DNA from: Chrysemys picta bellii
Lineage: Eukaryota
Reading direction: 5' to 3'
Assembly: GCF_011386835.1 (NCBI RefSeq)
Contig: NC_088803.1
Coordinates: forward strand, 11,656,001 to 11,720,000
DNA length: 64,000 bases
How positions within the stretch are numbered: the stretch's first letter is position 1; each line of letters begins with the position of its first letter. Position numbers and translations under genes: made by a program. Shown piece by piece: positions 23,701-36,223 of the stretch. Under the pieces are notes generated by a model that had not been told where the DNA came from, made no database searches, and worked only from the letters and a program-made list of their open reading frames with translations.

Positions 23701-23880
23701 GCTTAATTGAGCAGGATTTACAAGCCATTGAGAATGCTGCTGTTGTTTTCCGTGCTGTATCTCTTGATCACACCTTTAGTTTTGAGGACCTCCTTCCAGA
23801 CCTTGGGTCATGGTTTACGGGGCTCTTTCAAAAATTGTTAAATGGATTCTTTTCTTTCTTTTCTTTCTATGTGTTATCTG

Positions 23881-24004
23881 TAGGGTGACCAGACAGCAAG
23901 TGTGAAAAATCGGGACAGGGGGTGGGGGGTAATAGGAGCCTATATAAGAAAAAGACCCAAAAATCGGGACTGTCCCTATAAAATCGGGACATCTGGTCAC
24001 CCTA
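23881..24004. mobile_element. 124-bp hAT MITE (TIR TAGGGTGACCAGA) inside the ERV env remnant
   Basis: tagggtgaccaga...tctggtcacccta with perfect 8-bp TSD gttatctg. Confidence 0.9.
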
Positions 24005-24574
24005 GTTATCTGGATAATGATACAATGTGCCAAATGCCTGTGTAATGCTATGATCAAAAGCTCTGCTGTCCATATGAAAATCCAGTATCTGTCCCTCCAG
24101 CTTGATCGCAAATTGCGTAACGGGCCTGACAATTTTTGAATTTGTCAGGCCCGAAGGGGGGACTGTGAAGTTTACTAGTGACCCCCCTTAACAGAGCAGC
24201 CTTTATGTCAACCAGTGGCCATTAGGGGGAAGCAGACACTTCAAGTACACAGTAGCCTGAACTTTTCAACTGTTTTCCCTTTCAAGGCCTTATGGTAGTT
24301 AGAGCTGGTCCCAAGCCAGTTTTCACTGACCAGATAGCAAAAGCACGGGTCTGACAACCACCAATCAAGTGTTAACACGGCAAGGGCCTTTGTCTGAACA
24401 TGTATAAAGGATCTGTAAAATGTGTGTAAGACAGAGTCTTTGTACCAAGGTGCAAGGCTCTCCTTTCTTCTGCAGAATAAAGCAACTCCTCCTTATCCCT
24501 GTCTGGCTGTTATTGGCTCTCAGCTAGGTGGACCTGACATTTCGGTGACAAGGTTGTGATCCTTGTCCTTTACC

Positions 24575-24885
24575 TCCGGGCCTCTGCACACCCTGGGGAC
24601 TGAGCAGATATGGTCCCCTTCATCCCTGGGGGTCTGTGAACATGTGGGGCCCTGCACCCCTTGAGGTTGTGCACATGTGGCTTCCTGCACCACTGAGGCT
24701 TTGCACATCTGGGGCCCTGCACCCTTGGAGGCTGTACACTTGTCTGGACCGGAACCCCCTGGGGTTATACTCTTCTCGGGCCCTGCAGCCCTGGGCCTGT
24801 GCATATCTGGGGTGCTGTAGTCCAGGAGACATGCATATCTGGGGCCCTGAACCCCAGGCGACTGTGCATATTGGGGCCACTATGC
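24575..24885. repeat. Degenerate ~32-33-bp GC-rich minisatellite, about 8-9 units
   Basis: Recurring (a/c)catctggggccctgcacccc...ggctgtg core at ~33-bp spacing. Confidence 0.7.
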
Positions 24886-26570
24886 CCCCCCCTCACCAGC
24901 CTGACCCCTGGGGAGTAGGTGTATGAGCAGCATTGTCATGGCCCATCTGGGGAGGGGACATCTGCCTGGGCAGTGAGTTACAGGTCCAGCTGGGCAGCGG
25001 GGATGCAAGGCTGGAATCCTTAGGTCATGTGTGCAGGAGTGTGGGTGGGGGACCTGCTGTCTAAGCACTTGGACCCCTCACCACATCAGCTGGGGGTGGG
25101 GGGAGGGTGGAAAAGTGGAGTCACCATGTGGGGCCCCTCATCCCCTGAGTGCATTCGGGGGAGGGTGCGGGCATTGCAGGGCTGTTCTCACCCTGCTCAG
25201 TGCTCTGCAGCCCTGCTGAGTGGGGGGGAAGTGGTCAGACACTAAGAGGAAGGGCCCAATTTGAAGCCTGTAATGCGGTTAACTTGATGTCACCTCAGTG
25301 CCTCTCTGCAACAGGAAGTCAGGAAGTCTCCTGCGTGTGGCTGAGGCATTCACCACTGGGGGACTCACAGACTCACTTGTCTGCCGTTTTGCAAAGCAAC
25401 ACTGTCCCCACTCTCCCTTCACGTCCAGGTGAAGGGGCTGGAGGAAGGTTCCTATACGGACAGGTGCCCTCCACAGCTGGGCATGCGGCACATCTGGACA
25501 CTGGCTCAGTCTGAAGCCGTGCACATCTGGGGCAGAGCTGAGACCTGATGCAGCTTGCAGTGAGCCCTCCTGGTCCATGCACGCACCTGGTGAGCATGTG
25601 GCTAAGGCTGAGACATCTGTTGACATGGCTTCGCTGGCCTTTTCCTCCAGGTGCCTGTGTCGGAGTAGAGATGGAGTGGCGGTGACACCTCTGTGTGATG
25701 CTTCCAGCCCCCAGGTGAAGCCTTGGCCATCTCTATGCCTGCACACACCACCACACAGGCAGGGGTGGGGGGATCAGGCCCAGCTGGGTCAGGGTCCCCA
25801 CAGCTGAGCCCTCAGAGCCCTGCCCAGATGGCAGCTTCCCATTCTGGAGGCAGGAAGGGTTGGGTTATTGAAAAGGAACCCCTAGATACAGAACCTGGCC
25901 CTTGTTGCTGCCAACTTAGATGGGCAGAAGGGTTACAGAAGCAACAAGGAAGGGAAAAGTATGGCAACTTATTTATCAAACAAAGAAATACTGCCTGCTT
26001 ATGTCTTTATCCCCTAATGCCAGGTCAGCACATCAGCAGCTTCCCAGGTCTTTACTTAACCCTAACATATCCCAAGACAAAGGAAGTCCATATGAATTTA
26101 AAAAAGAACATGGGGAAGAAACATAGAATGGAATCTGTAAGGCTAGGGCAGAGACAGAAGTCTGGGAAAATAAAAGAGTAATTTCTGACTGGAGGGAAAT
26201 CTCATGGCAGGCTCAACTACCATTTTTATCTACCCATCCCCAATATCCATCCATCTACTCTCCATCCACTCTTCTGCAATAGCCATACGTCTGTAGCCTT
26301 TTTATTTTATTGAAAGTGAATTTTGTACTATGTATATGGATTTGGCTCTGTTGGCTAAAGGTTCAAGCTCACAGAGTGAAAGTCACCTCTGCTAATTGCT
26401 TCAGATTTAGAAATGTTAGGAACACCTAAAGACCAAAGGTAGTGACTACATACACATTTCACAAGGACAAGGCCTTCTGTTTTTCAAGTTTTATTAAAGT
26501 TACAGTTAAAGTTATGATTACCCAAGGATGTAGAAATTCTATAGAGACCTAGACACACATTACATATATA

Positions 26571-26674
26571 AAAAGCAACAGAGGGTCCTGTGGCACCTTT
26601 GAGACTAACAGAGACTTTGAGGCACCTTTGAGACTTACAGATTCAGACTAACAGGGCTACCCCTCTGATACTTG
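26571..26674. mobile_element. Penelope-like mini insertion (rearranged, no hammerhead)
   Basis: Same termini as 1098 and 48880 (aacagagggtcctgtggcacc; ggctacccctctgatact); 12-bp TSD attacatatata at 26559 and 26675. Confidence 0.75.
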
Positions 26675-26772
26675 ATTACATATATAGTTACACTCAGATT
26701 TTTAATGATATTCTTAAGGTCTGATGGCACAAATTGCACAAAACTAGAGGCTGAGTCGAGAAGTTTTTAGAG

Positions 26773-27152
26773 CAGTGGTTTTCAACCTTTTTTTCATTTG
26801 TGGACCCCTGAAAACATTTGAATGCAGGGGCAGACCCTTTTGGAATTTCAAGCTGTGGTATCCAGACCCCTGCCATAGAAGTCTTAGACCGAAAACTGAC
26901 TGAACAGAATTCAACTATAAATGTTGCACATGTTCGGAATGGAATTTGATGCTGCATGAGAAAGGGTGCTAAACTGTGTGCATCTATGGTAATGACAACA
27001 CTCCAGGATTTGTCCTGTAGGAGGAGTATTCACATGCTTTTGATTGATCTGAAAAATGGAATTCCTTTTTTGGGATCTGAAACTTTATTTTCATAGTCAC
27101 CTTTCGTGACCCCCTTAGACATAGTCTGTGGAACACAGGTTGAAAACCATTG
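26773..27152. mobile_element. hAT (Charlie-like) MITE
   Basis: TIR cagtggttttcaacct / aggttgaaaaccattg; 8-bp TSD ttttagag/ttttagaa. Confidence 0.85.
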
Positions 27153-28063
27153 TTTTAGAAAATTTGGCCCATGAACTTTGAAAATAATCCAATCTTTTGG
27201 TGGTTCCACTTGAATCTTTGAAAGAAACATTAAAAAAAAAACTTGGTCAAAAGATATCTCATTTTCCACCTGAGGCGAATAGACAGAATCTCTCTTCAGG
27301 GATCACAATGTAATGGATAAAATTGCTTTTGTTCACAGCTACATAAACATGTTAATAGATCCCTTTGGTAGCATGTGCCACAATACTTGTGAGATCCCTG
27401 AAACAGGAAGGAGTGGAAGGTGGGAGGAGAGTGAGAAAGAATAAAAATCCCCCGGGTCTTTTTGATTTGAAATTAACAATAACATGAGAGCCTACATCAA
27501 AGAAAGAGCTTCTTTCAGGAATGAATGATGGCAATGGATCACGCTCATTAGTGAGTGTTTATTTAGTTATGATTGCTATTACAGTGCACAGGTACATATG
27601 TGATGTCTGTCTTAGACATAGCTGGATGCAGGATGGATGGATGGAAGCTGTGTACTACATGTGTGTGTGAGAAAGCAATCAAATGGAGTATATCCGATCA
27701 CTGTTCAAGACAGAACAGGTGAAATGTCTCTTTCAAAACAGGTACATTTTTCATTCTATATTTTTAGTGGAAATTTTCACCAAAATAATCCATTTCCTAA
27801 AAATAAAATAAAATAAACATATTTTCATTGAAAAAGAGATAATCTCCAAAGTGTTATTTTTTAAAATTATGTTTGACAACCAAAAACAAAACAAATCAAA
27901 ACAAAAATTGGAGATTGTGTTTTTTTCAATGAAAATTCAAAACACTTCAAAAATGTTGAAGAAAAGAGAAAACACTTTCATTTTCACCAAAATTGTCCAT
28001 GAGGGAAAATATTTCCCCAGCCAGCTCTTTTGTTTCTGGCAAGCTTCTCATCTTTGCATTGTT

Positions 28064-28830
28064 ACATAAGAACATAAGAATGGCCATACTGCATCAGATG
28101 AATGGTTCATCTAGCCCAGTATCCTGTCTTCCCACAGTGACCAATACCAGGTGCTTCAGAGGGAATGATCAGAACAGGTAATCATCAAGTGATCCATCCC
28201 CGGTCGCCCATTCCCAGCTTCCAGCAAACAGAGGCTAGGGACACTTCAGAGCATGGTTTTGCATCTCTTATCAAGTTCTTTTTTTAACCCTGTTATAGTT
28301 TTGGCCTTAAGAACATTCTGTGGCAAAGAGTTCCACAGGTTGACTGTGTGTTGTGTGAAGAAATACTTTCTTTTGTTTGTTTTAAACCTGCTGCCTATTA
28401 ATTTCATTTGGTGACCTCTTGTTCTTGTGTTATGTGAAGGAGCAAATAACACTTCCTTATTTACTTTCTCCATACTAGTCATGATTTTATAGACCTTTTC
28501 CAATTTCAGTATGTATATATATATATAAATATATATTTGAGATGGGGTGACGAGATCTGCATGCAGTATTCAAGATGGGGACATAGCATGGTTTTATATA
28601 GAGGCAATATGATATTTTCTATCTTATTATCTATCCCAACATTCTGTTCACTTTTTTGACTGCTGCTGCACATTGAATGGATGTTTTCAGAGAACTATCC
28701 ACAATGTCTCCAAGCTCTCTTTCTTGAGTGGTAACAGCAAATTTAGACCCCATCATTTTATATGTATAGTTGGGATTATGTTTTCCAATGTGTATTATTT
28801 TAAATTGTTCCATTCTTGTAATCCTTGTTA
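28064..28830 (-). mobile_element. CR1 LINE 3' fragment
   Basis: (acataaga)n tail; minus-strand ORFs [26 protein letters not shown] and IHIGKHNPNYTYKMMGS. Confidence 0.9.
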
Positions 28831-29104
28831 TTGTCCAGATCTCCCTCTATTTCTATTGTATCCTTTTTTGAGATGGGGATAGCAGAATCAGAACACAACA
28901 TTCCATTTGGAGATATCTTGTTAGTAGATAGAATGGCATTAGACTATTTTCAGTGTTACTCTTCATCACATAACGTATGCATCCATCCAAGCCGGGATTG
29001 TCAAAGGAGTTTAGGTAACTGAAAGCCATGTGTTGTCCCTTTAAAAATAAAAGCCAGTAAGACATTGGAATAACTTTACATATCTGGGTAAATCTCTTCA
29101 TGTC

Positions 29105-29250
29105 TCAGTTCATAGATTCATAGATGCCAAGGCCAGAAGGAACCATTGTGATCATCTAATCTGTCCTCCTGCAGAACACAGGCCAGAGAACTTTCCCAAA
29201 ATAATTCATAGAACAGAGATTTTATAAAAACATCCAGTCTTGATTTAAAA
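29105..29250 (-). mobile_element. CR1 LINE tail fragment
   Basis: catagattcatagat...ccaaggccagaaggaaccattgtgatcatcta. Confidence 0.7.
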
Positions 29251-30934
29251 TGGAGTGGCAAACAGAGGGAAACATGTTCCCCCTTCCCCCGTGCTACAGG
29301 GTGGTTGAATGAACTAATTAATGTTTGAGAGACAACATAGGTGAATCATCTTCTGTTGAACCTCACCCACCTTTTCTCTCAAATATCCTGGGACCAACAC
29401 AGCTATCACAACACTGCATACACTAACTGTGTGTGAGTTTCACAGTTACAGTGCTAGCTGCATCTCGTGCCTTTTCTGAGAGCCTCATGTCTTGGGTCTC
29501 CAACCCTTCCCTGTCCTGGGATGGTATCTGGTGCTTCTCCCACTCTTAAAAGGGGATGGGAGCACACTGCCCTATGCACAAACTACTTAGCACCCTGCAA
29601 GGCCAATTGAGACAGAGAATGAAAATGACGCTGTAGCCTAGTGGTTACTTGGGTGAGGTGAGACCAAGGATCACACTCCCTTTGCTGCAATGGATTACAC
29701 AAAACAGAACAGATTCAAGAGGAGAGTTTGAGAGAGAGAGCTCCCCCATAGCCCAGTGGTTAGGGCTCTCCTCCAGTGTCCCAACTTCAAATCCCTTCTT
29801 CACTTCAGGCACACTGGGGAATCAAATGTGGGTCTCGCACATTGTGCATAAGTCCCTTAACCACTGGGGTAAAGTTTATAAAGAAGTAACCACCATCACC
29901 TCCCCTTGGTATTTTGTGAATTCTTTACTTTACTTTGCCCTGAAAAATGAAACACAAAGTTCTAGATCAAAACAAAATTAAACATTTCTATTTGACATTT
30001 CTGAAATTTTTTGAAATTTCTGAAATGTTTTACTTCCATGAAAACTATTTGGAGAACTCTGCATGAACTTCAGTCTGTGGTTTTCAGTGAATAAACTATT
30101 TGTCTGAAAAATTTCACCAAGCTCTAATTTACACTACTAACAATGTAGAATCACTCCTCTGAACTTGGATCAATAGTGATTCTGGATATACACGGGTGTA
30201 ACTGAAGGCAGATTTGAGAGTGATATACCTGCCAAGCAGGCAGAAGGGGATTTTTACTCCTTCCTTTCCGCTGTTTTTCTCCAACACCTCCTCTTGCGTG
30301 TGAGTTACTGTCATTTTGCCACAAAGGCATGACCAATTGGTGCAAATTGCACTGATTTTTTCCTTCTAAACCTTTTTTTTTTGGGTCACCTTATGCCCAA
30401 GTCCTGAGTTTGCTGCCCCCTCAATTGAGTTTATACAAGGGCCACTCTGGTAATTTGGATGAATTTACTCCTGAAGAGATCAGAATTAGCACCATGGACT
30501 TTAACAGAGTTATTCTTTATTGACATGAGGTGTAAATGACAGAAGAATTAGGCCCATATACTTGAAATAAATGAGGCCATCTATATTCAGACTGAAGAAA
30601 GTACTTTTCCTCCCTTCAATAATCTAAGTATCCATCTATCCCGGTATTAGCTCATCTATCTGTAACCCATGCACACTGAGTATGGAGCTGTGTCCCCCTC
30701 TGCTGGTGACTGGGCCACATAGAGGTTGATGGGCGTTGGCTAACAGAGATGGCTTTTTTAGCATAGACAGTAGAGGTTCATAGGTTAAGTTCCAGAGGTC
30801 TCAGGTCTAATTCCTGCAGCCAATAATCTATCCAGGGTCATGGTGCTTCATAACTGTCTATTTGATAAGGTTTCCCACCACCATGGTGTCTGAGTGTCTC
30901 TTCACTTCCTTAGGAGGTGAAACATCCTGATGAC

Positions 30935-31882
30935 ATGAAAGGAAGAAACCAATCCACTGCAATTGAGTTCATCCTCTTGGGATTTTCTGGTCTCTCTAAC
31001 CTTCCAGTTTTACTCTTTGTGTTGGTCCTAGTTATGTACATGATCATCCTGCTAGGGAATGCTCTCATCGTTCTTATAACATTGGCTGACCCAGCCCTTC
31101 ACACCCCCATGTATTTTTTTCTCCGGAACTTGTCCTTCCTGGAGATCTGCTACACCTCGGTTACCATCCCCGAAATGCTGATCAACCTCCTCACTGGGGA
31201 GAAAACTATCTCATTTTCCAGCTGTGCTGCACAGATGTATTTCCTCATCTCCCTAGGGGGCACAGAGTGCTGCCTGCTGGCCCTAATGGCATATGACCGA
31301 TATGTGGCCGTATGCCGCCCCCTGTCGTATACTGCCATTATGAACAAAGGTGTTTGCATGCAGCTTGTGGGCATTGCATGGCTAAGCAGCAGCCTTGTGA
31401 CACTAATGCATGTCACGTGGGTATTTAATCTCCCCTTCTGCCTGTCTAATGAGATTGACCATTTCTTCTGCGATGCTCCACCTGTACTAGAGCTGGTCTG
31501 CGGAAACACCTACATGATTGAAATTGAAGCCCTTACCTCAACTGTATTATTTGTCGTGATCCCATTTGCACTGATACTTTGGTCCTACGTCTGCATCTTG
31601 GCCACAATCCTGAAGATGCCATCTGCTGAGGGACGGCGTAAAACCTTCTCTACTTGCTCCTCACATCTTACTGTGGTGGTCTTGCTCTTCAGCACGACTG
31701 GTCTCACCTACTTCCAGCCCAAGTCCAGTAGTTCACCCAGTACCAGCAAATTTTTGTCCCTCTGCTACACCATCCTCACACCGTTGTTAAACCCAGTTGT
31801 CTACAGCCTGAGGAACAATGAAATGAAAGGAGCTCTAAGGAGAACCTTTGGCAGGATATTATCTTCCTGGGGACACCCATGA
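30935..31882 (+). CDS. Olfactory receptor, family 10 (10A-like), intact 315 aa
   Basis: ATG at 30935 (MKGRNQS; the track start at 30917 is GTG). [60 protein letters not shown]. Acceptor tctcttcacttccttag ends at 30913. Confidence 0.95.
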   Translation: MKGRNQSTAIEFILLGFSGLSNLPVLLFVLVLVMYMIILLGNALIVLITLADPALHTPMYFFLRNLSFLEICYTSVTIPEMLINLLTGEKTISFSSCAAQMYFLISLGGTECCLLALMAYDRYVAVCRPLSYTAIMNKGVCMQLVGIAWLSSSLVTLMHVTWVFNLPFCLSNEIDHFFCDAPPVLELVCGNTYMIEIEALTSTVLFVVIPFALILWSYVCILATILKMPSAEGRRKTFSTCSSHLTVVVLLFSTTGLTYFQPKSSSSPSTSKFLSLCYTILTPLLNPVVYSLRNNEMKGALRRTFGRILSSWGHP

Positions 31883-32923
31883 TTTTGAGATGAATGACTC
31901 TGGATTGAAACTTGAGGATCTGAATGTGACCCCAGAATTGGGATCACAATCTGGATCAGCATCTGACTTTGCCATTCAAAAAGATTCTTGCAAACTGGTT
32001 CCTCGTAATTAAGACTGTGGTACACAAATGAGCTAGAGACTTGCTTCTATTGTCCATCACTTCTCCTTCTGGGATGCTTTCTGCTGGTTTGGGCTCAGAA
32101 TAGGACTCCCAGGAGTTCCCTCAAAGAGCTCAGCACCATTCTACTCCTGCTTTTTGCCTCAGTTTGTCTGGTGTTTCTTTTAGCGCCGGTCAACAAAATT
32201 ATCTCAAAAATGTTTTTTTACAAAAAGAAATTTTCACGTAAAGAGTCTGCTTTCCTTGCAAATTTTCCATTTTTTAACCAGGAATCCAAATCCTCCCCAA
32301 ATATTTCTTTGGTTGGTTGGTTAGTTGGTTTTGGTCATTTTGTTTTGTTTTGTTTCTCATTTGCTGAAAAACAATATATATATATATATATATTTTTTTT
32401 TTTGGATAAAAAATTTGAAATTTTCCAAGGAAAAAAATCTGACCCACTTTGATCAAATTTTTTGAAACTCTAATCAAACTTATTCACTCTAAAATTGGAG
32501 GAGAAAAAACATGCAGAAGAAGAAAATGAAGTGGTGGTGGATGCAATCAGTAGAAAGAGATGTTTTACTAATAATTACAGTCTCCTGCATTTAAGTTCTG
32601 TCTGTCTGTCCATCTAGGATATTTCTCTTATTGTTGTTCACTTATTGTAATGATTTATGTATTTGTTTTTAATTGTATGCCTCTCAAAAACTGACACTAA
32701 AATTTCACTGGTGTAAATGGGACCAACATTTCTCAGAACCTGTTTTCTAATTTTTATCCAATATCAAATTTACAAACCCATATATATATATGAATGCTAT
32801 GTTAGGCCCAGAGACTTTCATGACATTTACCCTTGTTTACTGTGGATTTGCTTCTGGATAAATTCAGTCATTGATATGAGGAGTTGTATATGGAAATATG
32901 TGTACAAACAAGTATATGCAAAT

Positions 32924-32927
<4 letters not shown>

Positions 32928-32961
<34 letters not shown>
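32928..32961 (+). repeat. (GA)17 microsatellite
   Basis: Perfect run, followed by a short (CT)n tract. Confidence 0.95.
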
Positions 32962-32963
<2 letters not shown>

Positions 32964-33737
32964 TCATGCTGTTTCTCTCCCTCTCTCTCTCCTTTTTTCT
33001 TGGTCAGTAATTCAGATTAGATGTAGCTCATTGCAGAAACCACAAAGTGCTCTTTTCTAAACAATGAGAGTAAAATGTTCAAGAGTGTCTATTTAATTTA
33101 GGAATAGAAGTCCCATGTGTAAAAATGACCTAGGTGCCTAAATCTCATCAGCCTTGAATGTTAACTTACAATATTTGTTAGTCTATTTTCCTCAGCCCTC
33201 GCTGATTCTCTAGCTATCTGTCTGGTTCCAATAGTTATTTAAATATTTAATGCAAAGTGGAACAACTTCAGCAGGGTAGAGCTCCACCTGAGAATACCTT
33301 ATAGACCGGTAGTTAGAGCATTCAGCTGGGATGTGGGAGGTCGACGTTCAAACCACATCTCTAAAATCAGGCAGAGTGCAGACTGAAACCTAGGTCTTCC
33401 ACACAGAGGGTAAGCTTGAAGGGATAGAGGTATGCAGACACAGAGCCCTCTGAATCTCTCTACAGTTATTCCACCTTGTAGAACTGATGACATATTCATC
33501 AGACCAGGGTAAGAATGACAGGTTGCACTGATTGTTTGGACAGTCAGCTAGAAAGATGGAGCCTTTGGTTCTAGTCTCCATGCCAATGAAAATATAATTA
33601 GCCTACAAAGTGGAACAGCTCCAACAGGGAAGATTGAAAGCCACCTTCAAATACTGTAGTCCATGGATTAGGACACCACTCTAGGAAATGTAGGTGCATG
33701 GCATTGCTTCATAACAGATTAGACAAGGGTCTCCCAC

Positions 33738-34805
33738 TGTGAGGATGGCAAACCAAGTGCCACTTCTGAGCAAGGCCATAGTCTAAGCTAAGAACTGACA
33801 AACTCAGAGCTGGAAACCAAACCAGTTCACCTGTATGTCAGTTTTGTTCAAAATAGTTATTAGTTGTATAAGAATGAATTTAGTGTTCAGTCTCTATGAA
33901 ATGTGTGTAAATTGCTGCATGCATTAATCTCACTTGTAATGTCTGTATCCCATTCTATTAGGAAATACATAAATTTTGCTTTTTAACTATGTAAAAGTTT
34001 GCTCTGAATTTGTGAACCCAGGCACGTGAATCATCTCCCCCTGCCCATTCAGGAGGCCTATCAAGATTAAATGGACCATTAAGGAACATTGCAATACCAA
34101 GGACCAGTGAACGGCTCTACCATACCTTGGAAATGCTACATGCCAGGGAGCTCCTCTCGTGGACTGGAAGGCCAAATGTAAAAGATAAAGCAGGGTCACA
34201 AAATTTTGTCATCTCTTTGCTGTTTGAGAGCCAGAGATATTAAACTAAGGCAGCTATCCCCAGGGATTACTCCTGGATCTGCCCTGAAAGACATTTTGAA
34301 TTGCCAGATTACTACATCTCTGTCATCTTTAGGAATCATAGATGGTAACTCATTTGTGTGTACATGTTTGCTTGCTTTAACCTGTAAATAACTCTCTTAT
34401 TTCTTTTACCTAGTTAATAAACCTTTAGATAGTTTATTACAGGATTGGCTACAGGCTTTTTTTGTTTGTTTGTTTGGTGTAAGAGCTAGAGTAGCAAATG
34501 ATCTGGGGTAAGTGACTGGCCTCTTGGGACTGGAAGCTACCTGAATATTTTGTGATTTTTGGTGTAAGTGATCATTTATCATGAAGTCTAGCTTGCTTGG
34601 GTGGCAAGATAGACTGGAGAGTCTAAGGGCAATGTCTGTAACTCCAAGTTAAAACTGTTATAGTGATCCAGGAGTTCATATTTGTTTCTGGGTTGGTGAA
34701 AACTAATGACAGAAGACACCAACAGTTTGGGGTGTCTGCCCTGTTTTTGACAGTGTGCCCTGAGGTGGGCACCTACATTTATGAACCAATCCAGGCAGTG
34801 CAACA
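33738..34805 (+). mobile_element. Solo LTR, ~1.07 kb
   Basis: TGT...ACA termini, perfect 5-bp TSD cccac (33733, 34806), aataaa at ~34416. Confidence 0.8.
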
Positions 34806-36223
34806 CCCACATTTTAGAGGTATGTTCTAAGTATTAGGCTACTGGATTAAAAGGGGCCCCAGCACCTCCTCCTCTGTGTGGGTTTGCAAATGCCCGAAAA
34901 CAGATTTCCAGTATAGTTCCATTGAAGTCAGTAAAGCAAGCGTTCTAAAATGGAATTATGGAGATATAAGCAATTTGAGAACATGGCCTATAAAAGCAGT
35001 GCATGGTTGAGAGTTACTTCACAAGGAGGCATCTCTGCATTATTTCTGTGTTTGGTCCAAAAAATTGCTTTGTGTAATATTTCCAGGGTGGGGAGAAGTT
35101 CAACCCATTGATGGGGTAGCCATCCCTTTGAGGGACTCTGGGACACCACACACACCCCCTAAAAACTGGATGGGAGCTTGGAGTGGGCGGATCAGATTGC
35201 ATGTTTACATTCAAAGGTTTTGAGCTAAGAAGGGTACATGAAATCACCTCCCCATAAGTACTAGGGAGAAAAATTAAACAGGACACCTGATTCATGGTGG
35301 CCTGCTAGCAGAATGTTTATTTTCTGAATAGTTGAAATGTGAAATTCTGGAGGGTCATGGCAAAAGGGTCATCTAGGGAATAAACTTGTCCAGGAAATAA
35401 ATCACTGGGTTCCTCTCCGATGCTTGTCAAGCATCCTGTTTCCACCCATTTTTAACAGGATAGATAAATGTCACAGTTCAGTGTAACTGACTCTGTATTC
35501 CCTCTCCATGGTCCCTTGTATCCTCAGGCATCAACTCTTTAGACCAGTGACATGCATCTCTCTCCCTCCTTACTGGGTTTTTTCCAGGCTACACAGCCCC
35601 TTGTCTACACTGTCATATTCCTAGAAAGCTTAAACAGGCCAACATCTGCACTTTGCTTTCTCTTCTAAGGTAGTGTTTAGTGTAATAGCCTGTAGTGATA
35701 AGTTACCACACAGGTCCTTCTAAGCAAGCACATTTATTCTTAAGGTGAAAGCATTACAGGGACAACTTATGGAAAACAATGAAAGAATTTAAACACATGC
35801 TAAAAAGCTTACACCCCAACTCCAATCTCGGGCTCTGGTAGGTGACAAAACCTTCAAAACCCACAGCTGGTTTTTCCCTTTGGTTACAAGTTCATAATTA
35901 TCTCAGATTCAGAACAAGATCAACCATGAATAGTTCATTCTTTCCTTTAGATAGCTTGTGCCTTTAATCTTAGCATCACGTAATAGGTGATCAGCAGCCA
36001 ATACCATATCTCTTCCATGCACAATGTTTAAAGACCACTTAGAAACACATAATTGATTTGGACTGTAGTGAAGCCTCCCAGAACTGTGTTCTGTTTACAC
36101 GAGTTTTCATAATGCACCCATCATCACAGTACCTTAGTGCCATCCTGTTGTGCATTAGTGAACATCTCTGCTGTTCAATTAGGAATATGAGCCCCTGGAG
36201 TGGGGAGGGAATATTAACCTATA

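Larger units (their letters stand above)
20384..24550 (+). mobile_element. Internally deleted endogenous retrovirus (class I-like): LTR, PBS, gag/IN/env remnants, PPT, LTR
   Basis: 387-bp LTRs at 20384-20770 and 24164-24550 (TG...CA, tataaa, aataaa; about 11 differences by eye). Gag start MGGSLVKPSKDSPLDYMLSKW at 21222. IN C-terminus APHWKGPFQVLLTTNTAVK at ~22560. Env RKKR at ~23202 and CARIGEKCC at ~23655. PPT gaaggggggac at 24153. Confidence 0.92.

Noticed and set aside
24575-24885. Regularly spaced repeats as a CRISPR-like array
   Set aside because: The units are contiguous degenerate tandem copies with no unique spacers, there are no cas genes, and the context is eukaryotic.
25723-26181. 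152-aa plus ORF
   Set aside because: Low-information sequence crossing a GC/AT boundary, with no motifs; treated only as part of the unexplained GC block.
30917-30934. Track start for the 30.9-kb OR
   Set aside because: The codon is GTG; the first ATG is at 30935.
32928-32992. (GA)n followed by (CT)n as a functional hairpin or triplex
   Set aside because: Common microsatellite juxtaposition with no conservation evidence in the window.
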